Positions 28,578 to 37,452 of a stretch of 53,852 nucleotides of DNA are shown in pieces. Where the stretch lies: NCBI GenBank assembly GCA_022340515.1, contig JAJDNT010000056.1, positions 1 to 53,852 on the forward strand, given 5' to 3'. The notes below the pieces were generated by a model, which saw only the letters and a program-made list of their open reading frames with translations, made no database searches and had not been told where the DNA came from. This DNA is from Deltaproteobacteria bacterium. GTDB taxonomy: Bacteria; Desulfobacterota; Syntrophobacteria; BM002. The position numbers and the translations under genes are program-made. Positions within the stretch are counted from its first letter, which is position 1; each line of letters opens with the position of its first letter.

Positions 28578-29726
28578 TTAATTGGCAGGGGATTTTGGCT
28601 CTAAGAGGCCAGATCTGTCCTCGTCTAGGCGGCGCAAACCTTCCATTAGCAAATGCATGGTCTCCTTTTGCACCTGTCGTTTAATGGAGAGAGTCTCGGC
28701 AGACTGAAACTGGAACTGCCCCTCCTGCCAGGTAAGTAGCTGGTAAAAGGCTTGTTCGCCGAGAAGATCTCCGAGGGTTACCTGGTAAATGAAGCCTCTC
28801 TCGAAAGCAATTTTAGCCTCACCCCTCTTGCCAGAGATCACTAATACGCCGGTTCTACCGTTGAGTGCGAGGGTTTGAACGAGTTCAGGAATACTGAAGG
28901 TCTCAATACTTCCAAGCATCCCTTTGTCCAGCGTTTCCGCCATCCTTGTGCTGGTCTGCTTCAATCGCTGGGTAAGTAGTTTAGTGAAATAAATGTTCAG
29001 ATAGGGATTGTCTCGGACAAGCTGATCAAAGTCTTTTTTGCTTATCTTTAGCAAGGTAACTGGGGTTTTTGCCCTGATGGTAGCCGAGATGGGTTCGCCA
29101 GAAATCAATGACATTTCACCGAAACACTCTCCTTCCGGCAGATTGGCAATCACTTCTTCCCGTATCTGCCCTCCCTGACGTAACACCGACACTTCTCCCT
29201 TTATAATTACATAGAGAAACTCGCCAACGTCACCCTGCTGAATGATGTCGTTTCCTGTATTGATCTGTTGGAGTTGAAGAAGGGGAATGATTTTCTCCAG
29301 GGAAGCCTCCGGAAGGGGTTCAAAAATAGGCATGGATTGAAGCTTTGACAGATCAAGTTTCAGGTTCGCAAGTTGCTTCAGTGTCTCCGGGGTGATGGAT
29401 ACGCGAGAGCGTCTTTTGATAACATTGAAAATGACACGGCCAAGATTGCAGCAACAACGCAAGCTGCCAAGCTCTTCGCCAATACCCAGGGTGGCGAAAG
29501 CCACTCCCCGAGACAGGGCCAGAATGTAAGGCTGGCACTGATTAAGAGCTGAAATACAGACTTTGTTGGTCTCCTCCAGGACAATTTGCGGATAGTCAAT
29601 AGTGATTTGGTCGCCCTTTGCATAAGTAGGACAATCGAACACTTCCTCGGCGATCATAGTGACTCTAAGCAAAGCCATAAGTGCCAATCTCACAGCAAAA
29701 CACAGGAGCATCCAAATGATAGGCAA
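28578..29726 (-). CDS. cyclic nucleotide-binding protein with C-terminal DUF4388 domain and Cys-containing N-terminal domain
   Basis: 382 aa. The cNMP-binding core is GEFLYVIIKGEVSV...FGEMSLISGEPISATIRA. The C-terminus is GSIETFSIPELVQTLALNGRTGVLVI...QEGQFQF (DUF4388-like). The N-terminus is FDCPTYAKGDQITIDYP...LRCCCNLGRVIFNV. The start codon is uncertain; 29657 is an alternative. Confidence 0.75.
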   Translation of the reverse strand: MPIIWMLLCFAVRLALMALLRVTMIAEEVFDCPTYAKGDQITIDYPQIVLEETNKVCISALNQCQPYILALSRGVAFATLGIGEELGSLRCCCNLGRVIFNVIKRRSRVSITPETLKQLANLKLDLSKLQSMPIFEPLPEASLEKIIPLLQLQQINTGNDIIQQGDVGEFLYVIIKGEVSVLRQGGQIREEVIANLPEGECFGEMSLISGEPISATIRAKTPVTLLKISKKDFDQLVRDNPYLNIYFTKLLTQRLKQTSTRMAETLDKGMLGSIETFSIPELVQTLALNGRTGVLVISGKRGEAKIAFERGFIYQVTLGDLLGEQAFYQLLTWQEGQFQFQSAETLSIKRQVQKETMHLLMEGLRRLDEDRSGLLEPKSPAN

Positions 29727-29990
29727 AAAATTATAGCAGACTCCCTAATACCAAGAAAGCTCTTGTACTTTGCCGTTGGTTTATTATGGTGTAACATAGT
29801 CAGTCGACAATAAGGTGACCATTTCAGTCTTGTTGAGCATTACTCAAGTATGCTTGCAAGGTCTTTGCCAGAAAGAGGGTTTTTGTTTTTTAATTTATTA
29901 CCAGCCATAAGCGGAAGACCCAAGGAGTCGAGGGATTCCTCTGGGTGGCGAGAATAGCCAAAACAATCTTGGTGCAGCGGGGAGCGGAGC

Positions 29991-30560
29991 ATGAAGGTAC
30001 TTAGTATCCTCGGCAGTCCGAGGAGAGGCGGAAATACTGAAATTCTTTTAGATGAGGCGCTGCAGGGTGCGAGTGACCATGGCGGTTCCTGTGAGAAAGT
30101 CATACTGCGAGACCTTAAAATCACACCATGCTTGGAGATCTATAAATGCGCTAAGGATGGAGTATGTGCCATTAAAGACGATATGCAAGATCTTTTTCCA
30201 AAAATCGAGCAAGCCCAGAGGTTGATCATAGCTTCACCCATATTTTTTTACAGTGTCTCAGGCTGGACTAAGGCAATGATTGACAGATGTCAATCTTTAT
30301 GGGCAAAGAAGTATATTTTAAAGTTGCCGGTCTCCAACGTTCCCGACCGCAGGGGAGCATTCATCTCGGTAGCAGCTACCCGGGGAAAAAAACTTTTTGA
30401 TGGAGTGAGACTTACGATAAAATATTTTTTTGATGCCATCGATGTAAGTTACAGCGATGAACTTTTGGTGCGGGGAGTAGATGATAAGGGTGAGATAAGG
30501 AAGAGAGAGGAAGCTCTACAACAAGCTTATGAGTTAGGTAGAAGGCTGGTAGTAGATTAA
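29991..30560 (+). CDS. flavodoxin-fold NAD(P)H-dependent FMN reductase / iron-sulfur flavoprotein-like
   Basis: 189 aa. MKVLSILGSPRRGGNTE is a flavodoxin-like FMN site. A Cys cluster reads CLEIYKCAKDGVC. The ASPIFFYSVSG motif is present. Confidence 0.8.
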   Translation: MKVLSILGSPRRGGNTEILLDEALQGASDHGGSCEKVILRDLKITPCLEIYKCAKDGVCAIKDDMQDLFPKIEQAQRLIIASPIFFYSVSGWTKAMIDRCQSLWAKKYILKLPVSNVPDRRGAFISVAATRGKKLFDGVRLTIKYFFDAIDVSYSDELLVRGVDDKGEIRKREEALQQAYELGRRLVVD

Positions 30561-30660
30561 AAATTTGGGCCTGGGGTCAGGGCACTGAAGGTTTTTAATT
30601 TCGAAATTTTAAGCCATTGCCCTATGCTCCATGCCCTTAGCCAAGGAAGGAGGTATCTCA

Positions 30661-30936
30661 ATGCTATTTATGGCCGTTTTTACTTATGAACCTAATGATA
30701 GAGATCGGGTGATTGAACGGAGGATGAAAAATCCTCGAAGCCCGAAGGGCGTAGAAATCAAAGGTGAGTGGTTTGATGTCTCGGGTCATCGAGTTTTTTG
30801 TCTTTTTGAGGCAGAGGACGCAGCCCACATGGCTGCTTCTTTTTACGATTGGACTGATCTTGGGGTGGCGGAGTTGATTCCGGTTGTTAATACTGAATTA
30901 GCCATTAAACTGCTGAAAAGGACTAGTCGCAAATAG
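30661..30936 (+). CDS. small conserved hypothetical protein (DUF3303-like)
   Basis: The ATG at 30661 follows AAGGAAGGAGG. The 91-aa product reads MLFMAVFTYEPNDRDRVIERR...WFDVSGHRVFCLFEAEDA. The family assignment is from memory only. Confidence 0.55.
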   Translation: MLFMAVFTYEPNDRDRVIERRMKNPRSPKGVEIKGEWFDVSGHRVFCLFEAEDAAHMAASFYDWTDLGVAELIPVVNTELAIKLLKRTSRK

Positions 30937-31046
30937 GATAAACGACAATCTGTCTCCCAAGCTAACTTGACACCAAAGTTGGCCATAGGCTAACCTAATG
31001 CCGTTTCAAGCAAGACCCCACCAAGATATTGCCAGGAGATTCGCCG

Positions 31047-32378
31047 ATGAATCGAATCGGTCGCAGAAGATGGCTGAAGTGGTTTATAGTGGCGGCCATT
31101 ATTTTTAGTGGCTGTGGTCCTCCCATAACGACCAGATTGGTAACCATTGACCTGGAAAAACCTCCAGAGGCGGAGATACAAAACATAAAGACTATTGGGG
31201 TCATGCCTTTCAGCAGTCCCGCCTCGGATGTAGGGCGCAAAATGGCTGTGGATATTGCCAGGGCACTGGACAGCGGCGTACTGGGGCTAGGACCATTTGC
31301 GGCGCGGACTATTAGAGCCGCCGAAGATTTCAAGCCTACGGCTGACTCAATTAGAAAACTCGGGCAAAAGGAGCAGGTAGACGCACTAATCCTAGGTGAG
31401 ATTAGCCAGTTTTCTGTGCAAACCTCAAGAGCTAATCAGCCCATGCTATCAGTGCCAGAATTCGGCTCTGGTGACCATTCTGAATATGAATGGGTGGGCA
31501 TTCTCGAGGAAGAGTCAATAAAAGATACCTACTACTACAGGATCTTACCTCGCCAGGATCCAAGCACAGTTGAAGTCTCCATTACCAAACTGGTCTCCAC
31601 CCTAACTGCACAGGTGAGGCTTGTGGAAACTAAGAGCGGTAATACCCTTTGGGAGCAAGAAATCACAAGGAAGTCTGAAAGAATCAAGTTTCCTGGCCCC
31701 GAGGCGGACACGGAAGCAGAAATTCACAGACTGTTGATTTCCATAGCCAATGAGGTGGCTGCTCGGTTAAAGCCGCAGGAATACAGGGTCCAGCGTTTAA
31801 TTAAAGCCCCCCACTTTGGAATGGTCCCGGTGGCTGCGAAATGGGTGCGACGGGGAATTCAGGCAGCGGCAGAAAACGATTGGCTGAGAGCAGAGAAGTT
31901 GTTTCTTAAGGCAATGGAAGAGGCCCCAGATGAATGCACTGTAAATGGAAACCTGGGGGTTGCCTACGAGATGAATGGCCGCTTATTAGAGGCTGTAGCT
32001 GCTTATGAGAGGGCGCATCGCTGCCGGCCAAAAGATCCCACCTACCGCTATTATAGCGATGATTTGCAGAGAGCTTTTGCCCCGGATTTGAAGCAAGAGG
32101 ATCTGCCGAGTACAGTTGTGGGAGTGCGTGGGGACGGAACTATTTATCTCAGTAGATGTGGAAGGGGCGGCCATCCACCAGGTCAGCGATTTACTATCTA
32201 TCGAACGGAGGTCGAGCGCTACCAGAGGGGGGCAAGGATAAAGAATTTTAAGGAAACTGATCTTGCTCGCGGCAGAATAGTTGAAGTGGATGAAAAAATG
32301 TCTTTGGGCCAACTGTTGCTCTTCAATCCTGTGCTCAATGTTCGCAGAGGTGACCTGGTTCGCTTTGAAGCAAAGTAA
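31047..32378 (+). CDS. lipoprotein with C-terminal TPR-like region
   Basis: The ATG at 31047 gives MNRIGRRRWLKWFIVAAIIFSGC, a lipobox-like signal. The GVMPFSS segment resembles CsgG/LpoB-type lipoprotein domains. A TPR-like stretch reads AEKLFLKAMEEAPDECTVNGNLGVAYEMNGRLLEAVAAYERA. Confidence 0.7.
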   Translation: MNRIGRRRWLKWFIVAAIIFSGCGPPITTRLVTIDLEKPPEAEIQNIKTIGVMPFSSPASDVGRKMAVDIARALDSGVLGLGPFAARTIRAAEDFKPTADSIRKLGQKEQVDALILGEISQFSVQTSRANQPMLSVPEFGSGDHSEYEWVGILEEESIKDTYYYRILPRQDPSTVEVSITKLVSTLTAQVRLVETKSGNTLWEQEITRKSERIKFPGPEADTEAEIHRLLISIANEVAARLKPQEYRVQRLIKAPHFGMVPVAAKWVRRGIQAAAENDWLRAEKLFLKAMEEAPDECTVNGNLGVAYEMNGRLLEAVAAYERAHRCRPKDPTYRYYSDDLQRAFAPDLKQEDLPSTVVGVRGDGTIYLSRCGRGGHPPGQRFTIYRTEVERYQRGARIKNFKETDLARGRIVEVDEKMSLGQLLLFNPVLNVRRGDLVRFEAK

Positions 32379-32408
32379 ACTAGGGCAGGATATAGGAGTG
32401 GAGGAGGC

Positions 32409-32597
32409 GTGGTATACATCCGCGATATAGCTAGAAACCTCTATGAACTGAAAAGGCGATTGGAGGAATTGGGGCAGGCGTACGATTCAGAACCACCGGG
32501 TGAGAAGCGAGACGAAATCGAGCTAGAACTAAATAGAACCCGTCAAGAATACAGAAGGGTAAAAGACGTGCTCGAAGGAGCTAAGGATTCTTCCTAG
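32409..32597 (+). CDS. possible small coiled-coil protein (62 aa), GTG start
   Basis: The sequence is charged and helical (LYELKRRLEELGQAY...ELELNRTRQEYRRVKDVLEGA). AGGAG lies 10 nt upstream. The stop codon abuts the MITE-like element. No family recognised. Confidence 0.3.
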   Translation: MVYIRDIARNLYELKRRLEELGQAYDSEPPGEKRDEIELELNRTRQEYRRVKDVLEGAKDSS

Positions 32598-32824
32598 CCC
32601 GGATAGTTCACGAATTGGTGTGGCGAGACCGTGGAGGTGAGGGTGCAACCGGGCATCCGCAGGGACTCGAATCCGAGGCGTACTTGAACAGTACGTCGCA
32701 GGGTTCGAGTCCAGAGGACGTCCGGAAGGACGTTCATATTATTCGCCCTCGCTACGCTCCGCTCAGTCCCGCAAGCGGGTTCCCAGTTTTACAGTCGGAG
32801 CAGCCGATTGATTAATTGTCCGGG
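32598..32824. mobile_element. MITE-like non-autonomous element (227 bp) with 21-bp imperfect terminal inverted repeats and a highly structured interior
   Basis: The left end is cccggatagttcacgaattgg (32598-32618). The right end is ccgattgattaattgtccggg (32804-32824), whose reverse complement cccggacaattaatcaatcgg matches the left end at 15 of 21 positions. The interior has a ~22-bp composite hairpin (32663-32712) and a GGAA-loop hairpin (32716-32735). A short copy lies at 27095-27173 and a fragment at 18385-18431. Confidence 0.7.
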
Positions 32825-33136
32825 CTTTGGCTGAGAGGCTAATTGGCGCTGCTTATCTCCCACCATAAAAAAGGCCCCAACAAACGTTATCCCATCTGGT
32901 TATTCCCGAACCACCGTTCTCCCCCCGGCATCACCATGACTGCCGGAATTTGCGCCATCTGGGCGGGTTACTAGGTCCGTCCGGTAGGCCTAGCAAAATT
33001 AATTTCCTAAAGCCAACCGTGATGGTCTACGCTCATTGGGACCACTTTCAATTTAACATGACTATAGTTTTTTGCCAAGGGTATTTTTCACACTATTATC
33101 TTTAGCTTTCCGAACCATCCGGAGTAATGCAAAGAT

Positions 33137-33216
33137 GGAGTACTGGAGTATTGTCAAGAAGCTAAAATTCTCAAAAAATCATTGTTTTTCTCACTACTCC
33201 AATACTCCAGCACTCC
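33137..33216. repeat. hairpin with ggagtact/actccag word-repeat arms
   Basis: ggagtactggagtattg (33137-33153) pairs with caatactccagcactcc (33200-33216) at 16 of 17 positions, with a 46-nt loop. The same word family occurs at 23912-23937 (tggagtgttggagtactggagtgttgg) and 24005-24030. Confidence 0.7.
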
Positions 33217-33528
33217 AAAACTCCAACTGCAGGTGTGCAAGCATCATTTGATGCTGAATTACTGGAAGGAGAAGGTTACTTAGGAACCTGATCCAGAGCA
33301 CGAAAAAACAGATAGGCAGTCGCTACTATTCTCCCTTACCTTAATGAGTTCGAATCTAGTAAAGAGGTGACAGAGAGTTAAAGAATTCGGTTGCAAGGAT
33401 GAGAATTTGAGATGAAAACTAATCAGCTATTCTAACCTACCATTTTCGCAAAAGATTTTGCCCTTGATCGACCGCCAAATCAGGTGTAAAGTACCAAAAT
33501 CGCCTCAGTGAATATGTTACGCATCATA

Positions 33529-33620
33529 ACCAAAGAGCACACAAAGAGCACAGAGTATTAGGTTGTATTGATGAGGGCTAACTGTCAATTGTGTCTCAGT
33601 GAACTCTCTGGCCTCTGTGG
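33529..33620. repeat. imperfect hairpin of cacaaagag-type words upstream of the K+ channel gene
   Basis: The arms are ccaaagagcacacaaagagcacagag (33529-33555) and ctcagtgaactctctggcctctgtgg (33594-33620). The word family is the same as at 437-512, 10025-10043 and 13776/13950. Confidence 0.55.
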
Positions 33621-33663
33621 TTAAAATCGTCTATTGCAAGCAGGGAATATTTGATCAAGCCTA

Positions 33664-34866
33664 ATGAGCTTTGATAGATCCATGGGAGATGCACGGAATC
33701 GATTTGCATTACGCAAAAAGAACCGGCTGGCTGTTCTAATGAAAAGGGTGATGAGGAGTCGCACCTACCCGATTATTGCTGTTATTTTGCTGGTTTTTTT
33801 GCTGAGTTCTCTGGGCGTGCTGTTTTTTGAGTACGGTACCAACCAGGGTTTTGCCAGCATGTGGGACGCCGTATGGTGGACCCTGGTCACCGCAGCCACC
33901 GTAGGCTATGGCGACAAGGTACCGCTGACAACTGGCGGAAGATTAGTTGCCGTTCTTGTCATGCTCTTCGGTATTGGCCTGTTGGGAATGATCACTGGCC
34001 GGATCGCATCCTGGCTGGTGACATGGAAAATCAAGGAGGGAAGCGGCTTGGCCGATCAAAAAAAACTAAAGAAGCATTTTGTCATCTGCGGTTGGAAAAA
34101 TGAGATGGTCTCCGTGCTGGAGGACATTCTCCGCATTAACCCCAATTTCTCAGATGAGGACATCGTGGTGGTGAGCACGGTGGAGCAGGCCAAGATGGAG
34201 AATTTACGCTCTAATCCGAATCTGCAAAATGTCCGTTTTGTGCGGGGTGACTACGTGGATGAGAACGTGTTGCTGCGCGCAAATATCAAAAAAGCCGCCA
34301 GAGTGTTGGTGCTGGCAGATAAGAGTAGCCCGGCATCCGACCAGGAAGTGGATGCTCGCACTGTGATGACGGTTTTGACCATAAAGACATTATTAAGGGA
34401 TATCTATACTTGTGCCGAGCTTATTGACTCCAAATTCAAGCGATACTTAGAAAATGTTCATTGTGATGAAATAATCTTGAGCCGCGAACACAACAGAATT
34501 CTTCTGGCCAATGCTACGGCAGCTTCAGGGATTGCCCACATAGTACAGGACCTGCTAAACGTGGGGGAGGGCCGATTAATTACCAAAAATTTCCCGGATC
34601 GTTTTGTCGGAGACTCTTTCGCCAATCTGAGCAGTTATTTTATGGAAGGAGAAAGGGGAATACTCATAGGTTTACTGGAAAATACCGGAAATATTTTTCA
34701 GCGTAAACGGGAAGCCTTGCACGAAGCTCAGAAGACTCCTGACATATCAAAGTTGGTAGCGAACCTTCAGGAAGTAAAGGAACTGCGCGGAAATCTGCCG
34801 GTGTTCAACCCGGGGCCGGATTATAGAATAAAGTCCTATTCCCGGGCTATTTTGATCCAAGGCTGA
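33664..34866 (+). CDS. two-TM potassium channel with cytoplasmic RCK/TrkA-N domain
   Basis: 400 aa. The selectivity filter TVGYGD lies between two TM helices. It is followed by a Rossmann-like HFVICGWKN segment, so the layout is MthK-like. The start is uncertain; internal Met residues are possible. Confidence 0.88.
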   Translation: MSFDRSMGDARNRFALRKKNRLAVLMKRVMRSRTYPIIAVILLVFLLSSLGVLFFEYGTNQGFASMWDAVWWTLVTAATVGYGDKVPLTTGGRLVAVLVMLFGIGLLGMITGRIASWLVTWKIKEGSGLADQKKLKKHFVICGWKNEMVSVLEDILRINPNFSDEDIVVVSTVEQAKMENLRSNPNLQNVRFVRGDYVDENVLLRANIKKAARVLVLADKSSPASDQEVDARTVMTVLTIKTLLRDIYTCAELIDSKFKRYLENVHCDEIILSREHNRILLANATAASGIAHIVQDLLNVGEGRLITKNFPDRFVGDSFANLSSYFMEGERGILIGLLENTGNIFQRKREALHEAQKTPDISKLVANLQEVKELRGNLPVFNPGPDYRIKSYSRAILIQG

Positions 34867-34884
34867 TGTCTACTAGAGAGTAAT

Positions 34885-35040
34885 ATAATTGCGGATTTAT
34901 CTTCGCATAGCGCAAAGAGCATAGAGTCAGAGCAGAGAGGTCAGATGTCAGAAATCAATAATTTCGAATTGCGAATTTGGGATTTTAGTTCAGTTTTAGC
35001 ATTTTAGACACTTTAGACATTTTAGGCACTTTAGGCATTT
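34885..35040. repeat. mosaic word-repeat block, inverted relative of 4161-4365; ends in a ~7-copy nonamer array
   Basis: 34981-35040 reads gattttagttcagttttagcattttagacactttagacattttaggcactttaggcattt. It is preceded by aattgcggattt, gcatagcgcaaagagcatagag and gtcagagcagagaggtcagatgtcag. Reverse-complemented, the block order parallels 4161-4365. Confidence 0.8.
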
Positions 35041-35060
35041 AAGTTAAATGGGATGGAAGA

Positions 35061-35579
35061 ATGGCTGAACAGGAGATAATTGAAAAACTGAAAAAGGTTA
35101 AACTATTCAATACACTCGAAAGCGATGAGGAGAGACTCGCCAAGCTGGCACGCATAGTTACCTGGCAGGAGTGTAAGGCCGGAGACGAGGTGCTGAGCGA
35201 AGGCATTGAGGGTAGTGATCTCTATATCCTTTACCAGGGGACAGTGCAAATCCAGAAAAGAACTCTCGATCAGGAACTTTATACGATTACCACTTTGACG
35301 GACCAAGAGGATGCGTTTTTTGGAGAATTGGCCCTAATGGATAGAGAGGTGCGATCCGCCTCGGTGACTGCAGTGACTGATTGTGAGTTTCTGGTGATCA
35401 ATCGTGAAGATTTTAACCGGTTGGGAGAGGAAGATCCCGTGCTAGGTCTTCTGGTGACGAGGGCTATAGGAAAAGAGCTATCCAAAAGGTTGCGCCGGGC
35501 AAACAAGGATATAATCATTCTATTCCAGGCCTTAGTGGAGCAGGTTGCCGAGAGCGGAGGACTGGAAAAGAGAGCTTGA
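35061..35579 (+). CDS. stand-alone cyclic nucleotide-binding domain protein
   Basis: 172 aa. The CAP/CNB beta-roll reads GDEVLSEGIEGSDLYILYQGTV...FGELALMDREVRSASVTAV. Confidence 0.85.
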   Translation: MAEQEIIEKLKKVKLFNTLESDEERLAKLARIVTWQECKAGDEVLSEGIEGSDLYILYQGTVQIQKRTLDQELYTITTLTDQEDAFFGELALMDREVRSASVTAVTDCEFLVINREDFNRLGEEDPVLGLLVTRAIGKELSKRLRRANKDIIILFQALVEQVAESGGLEKRA

Positions 35580-35729
35580 CAGAGGCACAGCCGTGGTCAT
35601 GCTGGAATTCGCCGTCGGCCCGCCCGGGGCGGGTAATCCAGAGGACCGACCAAGTTCTGCCTGGCATACCCACCTCAGCGGGGCTTCAACTCCTCTTATA
35701 TGACTATTATTACCAGAGTAACAAGCCTA

Positions 35730-37244
35730 TTAAACATTATTGGCAAAGTAGCGATTGAAGGCATTTAAATATGCCCGAGCACTGGCCTCGATAACGTCCG
35801 GGCTGGTTCCTAAGCCGGAATAGACTCTTCCCTCTATCTCCACTCGAACCATTGCTTCACCCAGAGCATCTTTTCCAGTGGTAATCGCCTTGAGGTCATA
35901 ATCCAGAAGTTTGCCCTGATGTCCAATCAGACGTTCAATACAGCGATAAGTAGCATCAACTGGTCCATTTCCTATTGCTGCGTCTGTGATGACCTCGTCT
36001 CCTTTTTTGAGCCGTACGGATGAAAGGGGCGTAGTCTGGTTTCCACTCATAATCTGCATGCCGAGGAAAGCATAGGTCTCTGGTACCTTAGAGATTTCAA
36101 CCTCTACAATGCTACTGAGATCCTTGGCAGTGATTTCCTTTTTCCGATCTGCCACATTGATAAAGCGCTGGAAGACTCTTTCAAACATCTCTTTTTCCAG
36201 ATCAAAGCCGAGATCCTTTAATTTATGACGTACAGCGGCACGTCCGGAGCGAGCAGTTAGTACCATGGTGTGTTCCTTGATGCCCACATCTTCCGGTTTC
36301 ATGATCTCATAGGTACGTCGATCCTTAAGGATGCCATCCTGGTGGATACCGGATGAATGAGCAAAAGCATTAGACCCAACAATCGCTTTGTTGGGCTGAA
36401 CCGGAATGTTCATCAGCCTGCTTACCATCCTACTGGTGCGATAGATCTCTTTGGTATTTATATCAGTATGGGCCTGGAAGACTGTTTGCCTGGTGCGCAA
36501 AGTCATCACTATCTCTTCCAGGGAGGCATTGCCCGCCCGTTCGCCGATGCCATTGATGGTACACTCCACCTGCTGCGCTCCGTTACGGATGGCAGCGACA
36601 GAATTAGCCACTGCCAAACCAAGGTCGTTGTGGCAATGAACACTCAAGGTCACTTTGTCCAGAGCAGGCACACTTTCCCGCAGTCTAACTATAAGGTCGC
36701 CGAACTCATCAGGAGTGGCATAGCCCACGGTATCGGGGACATTTATGGTTGTGGCACCCACTTTGATAACTGCCTCGATTACATGACAAAGATATTCAAA
36801 GTCGGTACGGGAGGCATCTTCGGTGGAATATTCAACGTCCGAGCAAAAGCTTTTGGCATATTTGACAGATTCCACCGCAAGGTTCAGAGCTTTTTCTCGA
36901 TCCATGCGGAGCTTTTTCTGGACGTGGATGTCTGAGGCACCCAGAAATACGTGTATCCGCGGACTCTCAGCCGGACGCACCGATTCCCAGCATATGTCTA
37001 TATCCTGCTGGACGGCTCTGGCTAGGCCTGCGATGGTAGACTTCTTAACTTCTTGGGCCACATTTTTGACCGCCTGGGCATCCCCGGGTGATGAGCAGGG
37101 GAAACCGGCCTCGATTACGTCTACCCCCAGTCTTTCCAGTTGGAGAGCGATCTCCAGTTTCTGCTTGGCATTGAGTTTTGCCCCAGGCACCTGCTCGCCA
37201 TCTCTTAGGGTAGTATCGAAGATTTTTATCTTCCTTGTTGCCAT
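35730..37244 (-). CDS. leuA: 2-isopropylmalate synthase
   Basis: The ATG at 37244 follows GGAGGTAATC; the track's TTG at 37256 is less likely. Motifs are [31 protein letters not shown] and a C-terminal LeuA dimerisation/regulatory domain. A citramalate synthase cannot be excluded. Confidence 0.88.
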   Translation of the reverse strand: MATRKIKIFDTTLRDGEQVPGAKLNAKQKLEIALQLERLGVDVIEAGFPCSSPGDAQAVKNVAQEVKKSTIAGLARAVQQDIDICWESVRPAESPRIHVFLGASDIHVQKKLRMDREKALNLAVESVKYAKSFCSDVEYSTEDASRTDFEYLCHVIEAVIKVGATTINVPDTVGYATPDEFGDLIVRLRESVPALDKVTLSVHCHNDLGLAVANSVAAIRNGAQQVECTINGIGERAGNASLEEIVMTLRTRQTVFQAHTDINTKEIYRTSRMVSRLMNIPVQPNKAIVGSNAFAHSSGIHQDGILKDRRTYEIMKPEDVGIKEHTMVLTARSGRAAVRHKLKDLGFDLEKEMFERVFQRFINVADRKKEITAKDLSSIVEVEISKVPETYAFLGMQIMSGNQTTPLSSVRLKKGDEVITDAAIGNGPVDATYRCIERLIGHQGKLLDYDLKAITTGKDALGEAMVRVEIEGRVYSGLGTSPDVIEASARAYLNAFNRYFANNV

Positions 37245-37414
37245 GATTACCTCCAAAATTATAAGGGGTTAGAGGAAGGTCTGATTCGTCAGCTGTCTCG
37301 TAGGTCTCTAGGGCCAGCCCCATGCCCACCACCTCCTTTCGGATTGCGGATTTTATCTTTTGGCTTATTCCTTTCTGAATTTTCAAAAAAATCCTCAATC
37401 TGCATTCTGCAATA

Positions 37415-37452
37415 TAAAATGAAAAAGGCCATGGGCGATTCACCCATGGCCT
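37415..37452 (-). terminator. rho-independent terminator (minus strand) downstream of the 1239-aa oxidoreductase gene
   Basis: AGGCCATGGG-cgattca-CCCATGGCCT is a perfect 10-bp stem at 37426-37452. On the minus strand it is followed by TTTTTCATTTTATATT. Confidence 0.75.

Noticed and set aside
32655-32735. tRNA-like T-loop strings (GGGTTCGAGTCC, GGACTCGAATCC), suggesting a tRNA, tRNA-Sec or tmRNA gene.
   Set aside because: The two strings pair with each other as the arms of one long hairpin. No acceptor stem, D-arm, anticodon arm or CCA-proximal pairing can be drawn. The segment lies inside a repeated MITE-like element.
34981-35040. Tandem repeat arrays (here and at 4161-4211, 9939-10004, 21386-21452 and others) as possible CRISPR arrays.
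   Set aside because: The repeat units are only 7-10 nt and directly abut each other. There are no 25-40-nt unique spacers and no cas genes nearby.
34990-35040. GGCAC...GCA strings within the cattttaggcactttaggc arrays as sigma-54 (-24/-12) promoters. The TGGCGCGGCTGTGAT string near 10195 was considered for the same reason.
   Set aside because: The spacing between the GG and GC elements is two nt shorter than the TGGCAC-N5-TTGC consensus, and the TTGC element is absent. The resemblance is a by-product of the repeat.
37257-37420. A leucine-attenuation leader peptide upstream of leuA.
   Set aside because: The only upstream mini-frame with an RBS (MGLALETYETADESDL...) has no run of Leu codons and reads through into leuA out of frame. 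No terminator/antiterminator pair is evident apart from the terminator belonging to the upstream gene.
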